A stretch of DNA of 64,000 bases from Marsupella aquatica (taxonomy: Eukaryota; Plantae; Marchantiophyta), in contig OZ316895.1 of assembly GCA_973895155.1 (NCBI GenBank), positions 23,014,558 through 23,078,557 on the forward strand, written 5' to 3'. Below are positions 1 through 11,465 of this stretch, piece after piece. The first letter of the stretch is position 1, and every line of letters begins with the position of its first letter. The notes under the pieces were generated by a model, which saw only the letters and a list, made by a program, of their open reading frames with translations, searched no databases and was not told the DNA's origin. Made by a program: the position numbers and the translations under genes.

Positions 1-710
1 GCACATTTCAACTGGATAAGTGCATGAAACTACTTTACATAGCTGTTTGCTGCACTTATCGATTAATGCTTCTTGCATATGCATTGCAGTAATTGATAAA
101 TGCATGTGTACCATTACAGATGGAAATGCACTTCCATATTTGTCATTTAGTGTCGATATATTACCTGATAATGAGTCTCTACCTACACTTAAGCAAGCTG
201 CATTTTTTGGTGCATTTGCAAAGAAAATTATTGTAAGTTTAGGTGAAGACATGGCTGGCCTGCACTTATTCCTATAATGCACTTATACATGCTTCACTCC
301 ACATATTTGATGACAATCCATTGAGGAGGGGTTGGTTTCAGTGTATTTTTGAAGGTTCTACTTTTTTGCGAGTGGCGTATGTCCAGTGAGCGTTTTTTAT
401 AGATGCTCAAATATTCCTTATATGATTATTTTCCTGATCATCAGATCTCCTTAGATTTAAGGATGACCGTTAGATTCTGGCTAATGGGACATGTGACTAG
501 GTGAAACACCGGCCAATGAGACAGAAAAATATTAGGTGAAACAATGGCTAATGAGACAGAAAAATACTAGCGAATTTTTGCCACTAAAAAAACGCTGGTT
601 GGTTTGCTGAGGGGTTTATTTGCTTCTTACCGACTTAAATTTTCTCAATGAGTCAGTCGTTGGATGAAAAGGCATCGGGCGGCCATGTGTCGAGACCTCG
701 GCTGCAACCC

Positions 711-777
711 AAACCCTAACATCCTGTTTTCTCCGTGTGCAGCTTTAGCTTCGCTCGCGAAGCTTTTCCCTTCTTTC
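711..777 (+). promoter_or_regulatory. Telo-box (AAACCCTAA, 711-719) and pyrimidine tract (CTTTTCCCTTCTTTC, ~763-777) upstream of RPS13
   Basis: Exact telo-box and a TOP-like pyrimidine run lie 100-165 nt before the RPS13 ATG. Both motifs are typical of plant ribosomal protein genes. Confidence 0.6.
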
Positions 778-876
778 GGTGCTCTCGCTCGAAGCCCTCT
801 CGTCGTGTGGTCGCCTCCGTCGTAGCAGAACAGCAGCAACAGCAGGCGTTCGCCTTGGCCTCACAAGCTCGTCACC

Positions 877-3049
877 ATGGGGCGTATGCACAGTCGCGGG
901 TAAGTGCTCAGTGAACTTTTTCTGCATCGTGGCTCAGATTTCCGAGCTCACTTTTTTTTTGGAATTCTTCGAGTGTTGCTGTTTGTTTCCTTTCGTTGAT
1001 TGCTTTTCACAACACGATGCAAATCTACCCACGAAAGAGAGCAGCAAAGCATCATTCTGTCTCATGACAATGCTTGCGCAATGCTTGCGCAAAGCCTTAT
1101 GTTCCTCACCTCAGCTGTGAGATACTCCATGACTGCCAAGGAAACCGGAGCACCAGCTCCACATTCTTTTCGGTCTGAAGGAACCGATCAATCCTTCCGA
1201 TGGAGAGCTGGAGGATGGTACTCTGGACCCTGACACGGCGTTCTACCCTTCGATCAGAGAAACCTGAATGCAAGTAGACCGGATCCACAAGTTCACTAGT
1301 GGGGGGACGGGAAATATGGTATTCACACCCAATCACATATTGTGAAACCCCGTATTTACAGAGCTCGACATTACATCGAAAACCATCGAAGTGCTCTGCT
1401 ATGTTATCGTCCTTTTAGTGAAGGATCAATAATTGGAGGAGTGGTTCTATTAAAGTTGTTTTCAAAATCATTTTGTTCGTTTTTGACGAACGACTCACAA
1501 GCTGGGGAGTACCTGCATGCCAGTCGAGTTGAGTGTTGGTGCTTACCTTTCTGGAGGAGCAACAAAGTGGGGAGCTTCTGGATGAACTTTGAGCTCAGCC
1601 GTGTTATATTCCTTCAATAGAGGACCAACACGGAAAGGAAGATGTTCTCCTTGGTGGAATCTGCGGATTGTGACAATTCTACACTTCTCGAAACTCTCGC
1701 TATAAATCTGAAGTTGCCTTGCTACAATGGCAGCCTTTTCATTCCAAACCCTCTGCATTTCCATCCAAATTGCCACAATTTCCGCTTCCTGTAGCCTGTT
1801 CCTTCGCCTCCTTAGAAGTTCCGGTGCACAGTGTGACACAAGACCACGCCTACGACAATTGCAAGTCTTTGCGATAGTCATGGATCACGACTTCCCTTGC
1901 AGCAATAAATGAATGGGTCACATTCCCCCCAACCACCGTTTCTTGTAGTGTATGAGTTGGTGTGTGCCGGAAGTCACTATGGCCAGGATGTTTCCTCGTT
2001 AGGGCCATTGATTGCTTCGTCTGGTCAGGCTGCTCCAAACTGAATTGATGGTTTTTTCGGGCGCTTTCGCTGCAGGAAGGGTATGTCCTCTTCGGCTCTT
2101 CCGTACAAGAGGAATCCTCCTAGTTGGTTGAAGATCACCTCCCAAGAGGTATGCACTATGTGATTTGGTTGTCGCTGGTCATCCTTGAGGAAAGTGGACC
2201 CGTTCGAAATTTATTTTTCTAGTTTTTTTGTTATGTTACGGTTTTGTTAGGGTTTAGCCCGCATATGTTAGAGCTTTCTGTGATCCTAATTCTTGCCTTG
2301 GGTATCAGGTTGAGGACCATATCTGCAGGCTTGCCAAGAAGGGTTTGACCCCCTCGCAGATTGGTGTCATTCTTAGGGATTCCCACGGTATCTCCCAAGT
2401 GAAGAGCGTTTCAGGCAGCAAGATCCTGCGTATCCTCAAGGGGCATGGTACTGCTTCTTCGGATTACCTCTCTCTCATCTCTGCTTAAGTTCTTTGGCCT
2501 GATTGGCATGTAGTTCTCAGTCCTCAACGAAGCTAATTGCTCTCTATCTTCTGCAGGTCTCGGCCCGGAAATTCCGGAAGATCTGTATCACTTGATCAAG
2601 AAGGCAGTCGCAGTGAGGAAGCATCTTGAGAGGAACCGCAAGGACAAGGACTCTAAGTTCCGGCTCATTTTGATCGAGAGCCGAGTACACCGCCTTGCTA
2701 GATACTACAAGCGCACCAAGAAGCTCCCCCCCACTTGGAAGTAGTAAGTATTTCGAGACCCCCGTGAGAAACATTTACTGTATCGGTGCATTTCATCGCA
2801 TAGGTGTATACATAAGTTTGTATTCATCCCTGCGATTCGTTCTATATATATGTGTATGTGCATGGCTCATTCATCCTGTTCATTGAGGTGAAATCTGTAT
2901 CTATTCTTTAATATTGCGTGTTTCTTAATCTGCTGAGTCGTCCCGTGTCCGGGACTTCTGTAATTGTTCACCCGGGTACAGAGCTCTGACCGTGGGTTTT
3001 TCTTCATTATTGCAGCGAGTCTGCCACGGCCAGCACATTGGTTGCATAG
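877..3049 (+). CDS. RPS13: 40S ribosomal protein S13 (uS15), 5 exons: 877-899, 2076-2148, 2309-2447, 2557-2743, 3016-3049
   Basis: Manual splicing at GT..AG sites gives [59 protein letters not shown]...[72 protein letters not shown]. Intron phases are consistent. Confidence 0.97.
990..2035 (+). ncRNA. Candidate structured intronic RNA(s) in RPS13 intron 1 (H/ACA snoRNA-like or cis-regulatory)
   Basis: Many nested complementary segments are visible, with H-box-like (AGAGCA 1038, AAAGGA 1634) and ACA motifs after hairpins. No family was identified with certainty. Confidence 0.3.
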
Positions 3050-4423
3050 ACATTATGCATTTACATCTTAGGCCGGCTGGGCGAAGGGGGACCCTCGTTT
3101 GGGAACCTTGATGTAGGAGCTTAGATGAAAAGGGCATGTTGGGATTGCATGCCTCTTTGAATGGAAATGACTTTCTAGTATACTGAGTGAATCATCCAAA
3201 TTACTCTTCACATCGTGCCTCTTCGCCACGCGCAAGAGAGATATAATGAAAGGAAAATCATCGAAATTTGAGAGGAAAAAGACGCTAATGGACATGGGTT
3301 TTGTCTCAGTTATTTTCAGTATCCAAGACCCGAAGATTCGGGGTTTTGACGTTGTGCATGCCTGTCACAAGAGCTTTCTGACGTTGTTGGTTCGAATGGT
3401 GATCGGAATGTCAAGAGATCTTCCTCTACAGAACTAGAAGGTTGTCTAAATCTTCCATACAATTACTCCTAATAAGAACCTTCTTTCTGTGGGTTCGCTT
3501 GTTGTTGTGACATAACCCCAGCCTGCAAGCAAATGGCCCGACTAACAAACCGAATCCACCTGGCGAGGATGGATTAAAGGGCAGTTCTTTTCTGTTGTGA
3601 TCATTGAGCAGAAGCACTTCCAGGGAGATGGCTGCTTGTGCCATAAGGGTTGCTTCCCCTCCTTGTCTGAAGAGCAGAAGTAAAACTAAACACAAACAAG
3701 GCTCGCCTCCTTGCGCTGGAACAACATGACGCTGAGGCGCACCTTTTCTGGTAGTTGATCTTTGAGCCACTGTATGCTTTTGTTTTCAAGAGCAAGTTTC
3801 ACCAATGCAAAGGAATCATAGATCTTATTGCTTGACGACAACAACAACTGATCAACCAGTGGAGGAAATGGTATCTGCTAGTATCAGGAGAACCAGAAAA
3901 GGTGCAGTGTTCCCAGAACTGTGCTGGACTTGGAGAGATTGATCGTCAATAACGGGCTTCGGCTTTATCTCGATATGCTTTCGTGCTCCATAAAAAGACT
4001 CATACCTACTTCATGGCATGAGGTAGTTTGGGAAGGAAATCGCTCACAAGCTCTTGCAACAATGGTATCCAAGCAGCACCCTTCGCTTACTTTGATAGTT
4101 GAAACGATTGACAACTTCCTGGACCATGGTGGATCCTTTTGGCGCTCATACGAGCTTTAGAGAGTCCTGAGATGTTCACTTCATTGCCCTCGATGTTGAC
4201 AATTTTGGGGCCCTGATGCATTGGCCAGTGTCTTGAAAGGTTATCGAGCAGAAATATCCTATGTCAACGATACTCCCCATTTTCAAAATGATATGTTAGC
4301 CTGTAGGTTTGGAGGTAGGTGCCACCCCAAATGGTGAAGGGAAACCCTTGTATCTAGAATTGTCTCCATCACATCTGACTAAGACACGTTCTTGACACTT
4401 CTGAGAGCATGGCAGCATGACTG

Positions 4424-5048
4424 CATTCCGTGGATTATTGCAGGCCCGATCATGTGGTCCCCTTTAACCACAGCTTTTTATTGGCAGGATTGTACTATAA
4501 TGCACACAATTTTGAGGTGCCATTTCTAAGAGGATTTGGAGGCAAGGACTGTATTCTTCTCGATCGTGTGGTCCCCTTGAACCACACCTTTTTTTTGGCA
4601 GGATTGTACTATAATGCACACAATTTTTTGAGGTGCCAGTTCTAAGAGGATTTGGAGGCAAGGACTGTATTCTTCTGCTAAATGAGATGTCTAATTTGAA
4701 TCACGGGTTGTCAAAATAATTTTTTTGCCTGTCATTCCGTGGATTATTGCAGGCCCGATCATGTGGTCCCCTTGAAACACAGCTTTTTTTTGGCAGGATT
4801 GTATTGTACTATAATGCACACAATTTTGAGGTGCCAGTTAAGAGGAGTTGGAGGCAAGGACTGTATTCTTCTCGATCATGTGGTCCCCTTGAACCACACC
4901 TCTTTTTTGGCAGGATTGTACTATAATGCACACAATTTTTTGAGGTGCCAGTTCTAAGAGGATTTGGAGGCAAGGACTGTATTCTTCTGTTAAAACGAGA
5001 TGTCTAATTTGAATCACGGGTTGTCAAAATAATTTTTTTGCCTGTCAT
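4424..5048. repeat. Nested tandem duplication: two ~310-bp units, each holding two ~112-bp subunits
   Basis: CATTCCGTGGATTATTGCAGGCCCGATC starts at 4424 and 4733. GTGGTCCCC...GGAGGCAAGGACTGTATTCTTCT occurs four times. Confidence 0.9.
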
Positions 5049-5059
5049 GGTCGCTGTAA

Positions 5060-5560
5060 TCAAGCAAGGTATCGTTATATTTCTGCGTGGGATCGAGGAA
5101 AAATTGGAATTGGAAGTCAACTAGCAGCTCTGAATGCAACGAAAATATGGCTGCCATCTTATGTTGGATGAGCTGCCCCGTAACTGATCCAGACTTGTGA
5201 GCAGTCCGATTTTACAGGCGATGGCCCAGCGCGCTGGCGGAGGGAAGGACTGCTGCCCAGATCCAGCAGGACGGAAATTTTCGTACATGCTGATCGCATG
5301 TTTCTTCAAGCTGTTTTGGAGAGAGTAAGATCATTTGTGGGCAGCTCGCTATGCTGCATTGTCACGAAAACACTGGTGGACACACTAATCGAATGTCTTG
5401 GTGTTGTAAATTGATTCATTGTTGAAATGAATCATACTGTTTCGGTTGTAGGGCCTACCGTCAAAATGCTACCAAATTGCCTTAACTTCAAGGTCAAGAA
5501 AGTCTAGCTACTTGCATTCTTCAATCAACGCGGAAGAAGGAATTACCTCTTCACTTGGAT
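5060..5560 (+). mobile_element. Decayed LINE ORF2 fragment
   Basis: Translation ISAWDRGKIGIGSQLAALNATKIWL resembles the post-RT 'AW..GGLG..AL.AKW' region of plant L1 ORF2. Stops and frameshifts are present. Confidence 0.35.
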
Positions 5561-5613
5561 GAGAGAGGAACCCCATTGAGTTCCAATCCGTACAATTCCG
5601 TGTTTGAGTGCTC

Positions 5614-5990
5614 CACTTATTGAACAATCCACTTCTTAGGCACTCCATGAATTTAGTGTGACCTCCAAGAAACAGAAGAGAAACTCATCCGAAGAATGAT
5701 CGACCACAAATGATCGCATATGCACATTAGCTTCACCCCACTTATTGAACAATCCACTCCTTAAGCAGTCCATGAATGTAGTGTGACCTCCACGAAACAT
5801 AAGAGAAACTCCACCGAAGAATGATCGACCGCAAAATTGGTTGCATGGGCATATTTTGCTTCACTCCAGTTATTGAACAATCCACTTCTTAAGCACTCCA
5901 CGAATTTAGTGTGACCTCCAAGAAAAATAAGAGAAACTCCACCGAAGAATGATCGACCACAAATGATTGCATGGGTACATTCGCTTCACA
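5614..5990. repeat. Tandem repeat, ~125 bp x3
   Basis: TTATTGAACAATCCACT...GTGTGACCTCC...CCGAAGAATGATCGACC is repeated three times. Confidence 0.9.
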
Positions 5991-6151
5991 CGCAAATCAA
6001 CACTTTCAACAATGTTCAGACTACTCGTGCCTGCCCGACTCTTTTTGCCTCAAATGAACACTGTGGGCCTTGACCCTTACCTTGAAACGAACACTTTTAC
6101 TTAGCGAACTTGGGGTCTTGATGGGACCTCGAAATAAATACTTCACCAAGC

Positions 6152-8951
6152 AAGTGTCAAAACATGGGGTGTAGCCAGGGACAAGAAAGCAAGCCACCCT
6201 AGACATTGGAAGATCTTCAAGCACGCTATGCATGGTGACCAAAGATTAGAGCTAAGCTGAAGAGAGCAAGACTGGCATGCTTGCTGAAGATGGACGAAGT
6301 AGAAATGAACACTTTACTTAGCAAGGAAGTGTCAAACATGTGGTCTTGCCCGTGACCAGAATCCCCTTGAGGAATAGTCTCAACACATGTGAATAAACAT
6401 TCATGAACAACTACATTGAACATACGTGGTTCACTTCATCTAGGCACTTACACTACACTGAGAGAAATCTAGTAACACAAAACAATTACCTTAAAGGCAT
6501 GTCCATGACCGTGAGAAAATCTAATAATACAAAACAATTACACTCATCATAATTAGTCATCGCGATAGAGCTCCTCCTTTCACCCTCTCACACCTTAGAA
6601 CCTAAAGATTGAACATTCAAGTGTGAAGATAAGTTTGTGCCCCCCTTGAGTATACCCCCTCCCATGGTTACAAGAAACTAGAACTCAAACAACTGTTATC
6701 CTAGTCTATTGAATCCAAACTAGTCCTACGGAAGCAAATAAGTTACACTAGAGGTATATCTAACAAAGGCAAGCCACAAAAGACATTAGAAGATCTGTGA
6801 GCAGGCTATGCATGGTGCAAGATTAGAGCCAAAATTTACAAGGGGAAGATTGGCATGCTCCAGGGAACCATAGCGATGGCAATGAGAATCTTAGATAACT
6901 CCTACTGACAGACTGATAACAATAGGGAGTGTCAAAGCATTGCCATAAGCAAGGTCTTATGGTTATTATTGTATGGTTGTCTTATCCTTATGGGGCATGT
7001 ATGTAGGTAGCCTACAATGGTTTTGTCTTGGCTATAAAACTGTTTTATGTCCTTATTTGTACCCCACTTAATTACAGCCCTGTTTTGGCACAAGTTAATG
7101 CTACTCTGTGGTGGATGAACGGCATACACAGTATAGGATATTTATCTGTGCTTGCATGACAGGATTCTTAGGAGCTGGCATGTTGCAAGCGTGGTCTGAT
7201 GAGATAAACTGGATTGTAGATGTATGGTCTTATGTACTTCCAAGTAGACATTAATATAATTGGGAAATTTCTCAGTCATGAAATGGTTGCTTTTTGGTAC
7301 TAGATGTCAAGGAAACCAGGAAGCTGATTGACGATTGATATGTGGTTGATATGCGGACTATTTGTCAGCTTGGCATGCTGGCTGTTTTGTCAGCGTTTTG
7401 TGAATTTTGACTCGGTAGAGTCGAACTTGAAGTTTGCAGAACAAGTCCCTTCTCGTGAGAAGGTTGTAGTCCATCCCCTAAGCTTTCTGCTTTGCCATAT
7501 GCTGGAAGTGGTCTTTATGCTGAAGTACAGCATCCAGAGTCTCGCCATCCTGTACAATTGTATATACAGCCAGATCCTTTCAAATTCTGGTAAGAGGGTC
7601 AGGGTTGCAAGTAACGACGAAGATGATTCGAACAAGTACAGTTGGACTGAGGGCGTTCAGTCAATATATTTATCCCACACTTGGTTGTCTTCTGATTTTT
7701 ATTTCCATTCTAATACGCTCGTGTGGCAGACCAGTACTTTTGTGTTTTGGTGTGAGAGATGATCGAACCACAATGCTTCCTTGACACATGAATGAATTTT
7801 CGAGTCCACTGATTCCCTGAAAGGGGCGGAGGTACAACAATGGCAACAGGCCAGGAAAACAGGAAGAAAGTCTAAGTAAAGCAATTGAGATCAATTATGT
7901 GAAGGAAAAGTGATGAAACTACTACAGAAAGTTGTATTCTCACATGCTCAAACGAGCTCTAATAAAGAGTTGTCATGTTTGACACTAATAAAGTGTCAAA
8001 CATGGGGTGTAGCCAGGGACAAGAAAGCAAGCCACCCTAGACATTGGAAGATCTTCAAGCACACTATGCATGGTGTAAGACCAAAGATTAGAGCTAAGTT
8101 GAACACGGCAAGACTGGCATGCTTGCTGGACATGGACAAGGTAGAAATAAACACTTTACTTAGCAAGGAAGTGTCAAACATGTGGTCTTGCCCGTGACCA
8201 GAATCCCCTCGGGGAATAGTCTCAACACATGTGAATAAACGTTCATGAACAACTACATTGAACATACGTGGTTCACCTCACCTAAGCACGTAACCGTGAG
8301 AGAAATCTAGTAACACAAAACAATTACCTTATCTAGGCACGTCCATGTCCATGAGAGAGTCTAATAATACAAAACTATTACACTCATCATAATTAGCTAT
8401 CACACTAGAGCTCCTCCTTTCACCCTCTCACTCTTTAGAACCTAAAGATTGAACATTCAAGTGTGAACATAAGTTTGTGCTCCCTTTGGGTATACCCCTT
8501 CCCATGGTTTACGAGAGACTAGAACTCAAACAACTGCTATCCTAGTCTACTGAATCCAAACTAGTCCTATGGAAACAAATAAGTTATACTAGATACATCT
8601 AACAAAGGCAAGCCACAAAAGACATAAGAAGATCTGTGAGCAGGCTATGCCTGGTGCAAGATTAGAGCTAAGATTTACACAGGGAACCATAGCGATGGCA
8701 ATGAGAATCCTAGATAACTCCTACTGACAGACTAATAAGAATAGGGCGTGTCAAAGCATTGCCATAAGCAAGGTCTTATGGTTATTACTTCAGGGTCGTC
8801 TTATCCTTATGGGGCATGTATGTAGGTAGCCTACAATGGTTTTGTCATGGCCATAAAACTGTTTCATGTTCTTATTTGTACCCCACTTACAGCCCTGTTT
8901 TGACACGCCTTAATGCTACTCTGTGGTGGATGAAAGGCTACACAGCATAGG
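6152..8951. repeat. ~1-kb direct duplication (6152-7137 and 7991-8951) of LTR- and SINE-derived sequence
   Basis: Both copies run from AAGTGTCAAA(A)CATGGGGTGTAGCCAGGGAC to CTACTCTGTGGTGGATGAA. Each contains TACGTGGTTCAC, the reverse complement of the copia LTR motif GTGAACCACGTA seen near 41583. Confidence 0.9.
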
Positions 8952-9005
8952 GAATTGAACCTCAACTTTTAGGTCACATGCCCCACTAACATGGAACTAG
9001 TGCTA
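8750..9005 (-). mobile_element. tRNA-derived SINE, degenerate
   Basis: Minus strand reads TAGTTCCATGTTAGT (A-box-like) then GGTTCAATTCCC (B-box). The body runs into the duplicated segment. The 3' boundary is uncertain. Confidence 0.45.
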
Positions 9006-9836
9006 GAGCAATGAGCCTGCTGAGCGAGCCTTGAGCACTTATTCAAGCCTTTGAGGTGCATAGTTAAGGCTCACACTTGCAGCAAGATCTTTTGGTTACC
9101 CCCATTTATAGGGGTATCGAACAATACACCGTGTATGTAGATGACAGGAACTACCAATTGCCATGATCTGGCAGCCAAAGGGTCGCTTCCCATCTCGCCC
9201 TGACACCTTTACACCGGCATTCGGTGACACCCTTCTTGTTTCCAAAAAATGTGCAACAACAAAGCTTGACCTTCAGTATCTCCCTTGAAATCCAATGGAA
9301 TCTGCTTTTCTTGGCCTAGTAAGAAAGGCTTGGAAAGATCTTCTCTAGCTTTCATGAAGAGTTGGATGTTAAGAATTCCTAAAGATTACTTCATCACTCA
9401 CTGTCCGCACATTGCACTTCCAAAGGGGTTTTGACAATAATGTTTCCCTCAATATGAAATGGAATCTTTTTTTGTCTGGGGTTCAACAAACAGCCTGGAA
9501 AGATCTTTCCAATGAGCCCAATGTGGTCTAATTTCACTGACACCTTAGAGGCCTAGGTTTCTTGCCATATTTTAATTGTGTGTAATATGTACTATATGAC
9601 CTTGAGTACAGTGTCATCCTTTTTTTAAACTAGAGTTTGATTTCCAAGGCAAAAAAGAAGGAATCCTGTCCATCCCTTATGTGAGCTCCAAGCATTCTAA
9701 TTATTTAAAAATTTCCAGAGCACTAAGCTATTGAGCAACCCACGGTCTTGAGCACTCCACCGTTTAGGCTATCTCAAAGAAAGAAAGAGCCCCACTAAAG
9801 GAAGACAAAGTATCCGTGTATATTCCTTGACAGCAC

Positions 9837-10002
9837 GAAGTTATACTCTAACTCCGGTCTGCTCAACCTGCCAGCTCGAAGTTAAAACTCTACCTCCGGT
9901 CTGCTCAACCTGCCAGCCCGCAGCTAAACACTGACTCCGGTTCGCTTGACTTGCCCGCGCAAAGCTAAATGCTAACTCGGGTTCGCTCAACTTGCCAGCT
10001 CT
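9837..10002. repeat. Minisatellite, ~40 bp x4
   Basis: Units resemble ...ACTCCGGTCTGCTCAACCTGCCAGC and diverge progressively. Confidence 0.8.
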
Positions 10003-11274
10003 GGTTCGGTCAGAGCTAACTACCGTCGACGCGACTGTGGTCCGCCGTAGGTGGCAAACCTACGACGTGGTGGGCTCCACCGCTGTAACGCATATCTTGA
10101 CTACGTGTCAGATTAGAGTGGTTCCAACTGGAAGGGGAACGAATTTCCTGCCCAACGCAATATTTTGCGAAATTTGTGATTCGAGAGAGAAAACGATTCG
10201 ATAGTACTGTAGAGTCGAAGAAATGCAGCATGCGTACGATGCCAGATCGCTTGCTATCGACATTGACGAAAACTTCATCACCGCCCTATGCAATTCACAC
10301 CCTGCGCTGCCATTTGACCTGACGGACACGATTGCTTCGCAGGCCGGCTCCTGGGTCCCCATGATTTTGGAGATGATCAGGGTACATTTCTGAGGTGTGA
10401 CCGTACGTTTCTGTCCTCTGCCTATGCACTGGATTCAACAACATTGCAGAGCGTCTCAGACCGTCCAGAAATAATTGCCGTATGAAGGAGGAACGCGAGA
10501 GGTAGCCTGTTCCATTGGTAATGCAATTTTTCTGATGCCGTGGCTTCGGGAGTGATGGACACGCACGATGACCCTGCGTCTCCAGATTAATTAATCACAA
10601 ACAGGAGGATGATTGTGTCCGAGTCCTGGCAACCCTTTTGGACGAGCTGAATCTTCTTGCAAACACACGCCAACAGAGCTTCTTCTAGCCGGGAATTTTA
10701 AAATGAAACCTCCTCAGGAACCTAATTATAGTATTTGTGGCTTTTGAAATGACTCGATGCCAAGCAATCTTTGCCCAATCGAATCTCTCATGCGTGCTCA
10801 AAAAGCACGTAGGTCAGGCGGGCCATTCCTCTATACAAGGGACAATTATCAAATTCCATAAGTTTGAGTCCATTTGAACTCTCCTCGCTTGGTTTAATTG
10901 CTTTCCCTGATCAGGTCTCTTGCCTTTGGGATCATGCCTTTGGGATCCTGCCTTTGGGATTATGTCCCCCGGTTGGGCACTTTTTGTTCTTTTGCAGTTT
11001 GCTTTATGTTTGAATTGATTCTCAAAAGGGCAGAAGCATAACTAACTTACCTCTAGCCACGATAAGGTACTGCTCCCGCTGACTGCTCCCACGGCCGGCA
11101 GCTCCCCTATCATCAAGCATTCATGATTTAATTTAGACACCTTACTGGGCAACTCAGGTGGAGGACTTGCTCCCACACCTCAGCAGCTCAACGTCGTGCT
11201 ATCCTAAGATTGATTCAAACTGAATCGGTTGGAGTTCTGAGGTACAGAGAGGGAGAAGGCTCACACGGGGCAAC

Positions 11275-11282
11275 TATAAATA
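11275..11282 (+). promoter_or_regulatory. TATA box of the xylanase gene
   Basis: CTATAAATAG lies about 190 nt upstream of the ATG at 11466. Confidence 0.6.
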
Positions 11283-11465
11283 GAGGAAGGGACTCACGAT
11301 GGGCAACCTAAGCTTGAGAGTATTTCGCTTCAGGTGCATTTGCATCAGTCTCAGGAAGTTCCTTCAGAACTTGAGAGTCAGAACCCTGCTTCCTGCAGTT
11401 GTTGGAGGGACACGTGATTTTGATCGTTTGGAGGAGCCCCCTGGTACTCGTGATCCAGTACGACA

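Noticed and set aside
2790-2900. Hairpin ATCGCA...TGCGAT in RPS13 intron 4 as an H/ACA snoRNA
   Set aside because: There is only one ~40-nt hairpin, with no convincing second hairpin and ACA box.
900-3015. U14 snoRNA in RPS13 introns, as in vertebrates
   Set aside because: I found no RTGATGA...CTGA pair with the U14 domain A/B sequences (CATTCGCAG, TTCCTTGGATGTCTGA).
3426-3850. Possible copia gag relic on the minus strand (ATLMAQAAISLEVLLLND)
   Set aside because: The resemblance is too short and degenerate to call without a search.
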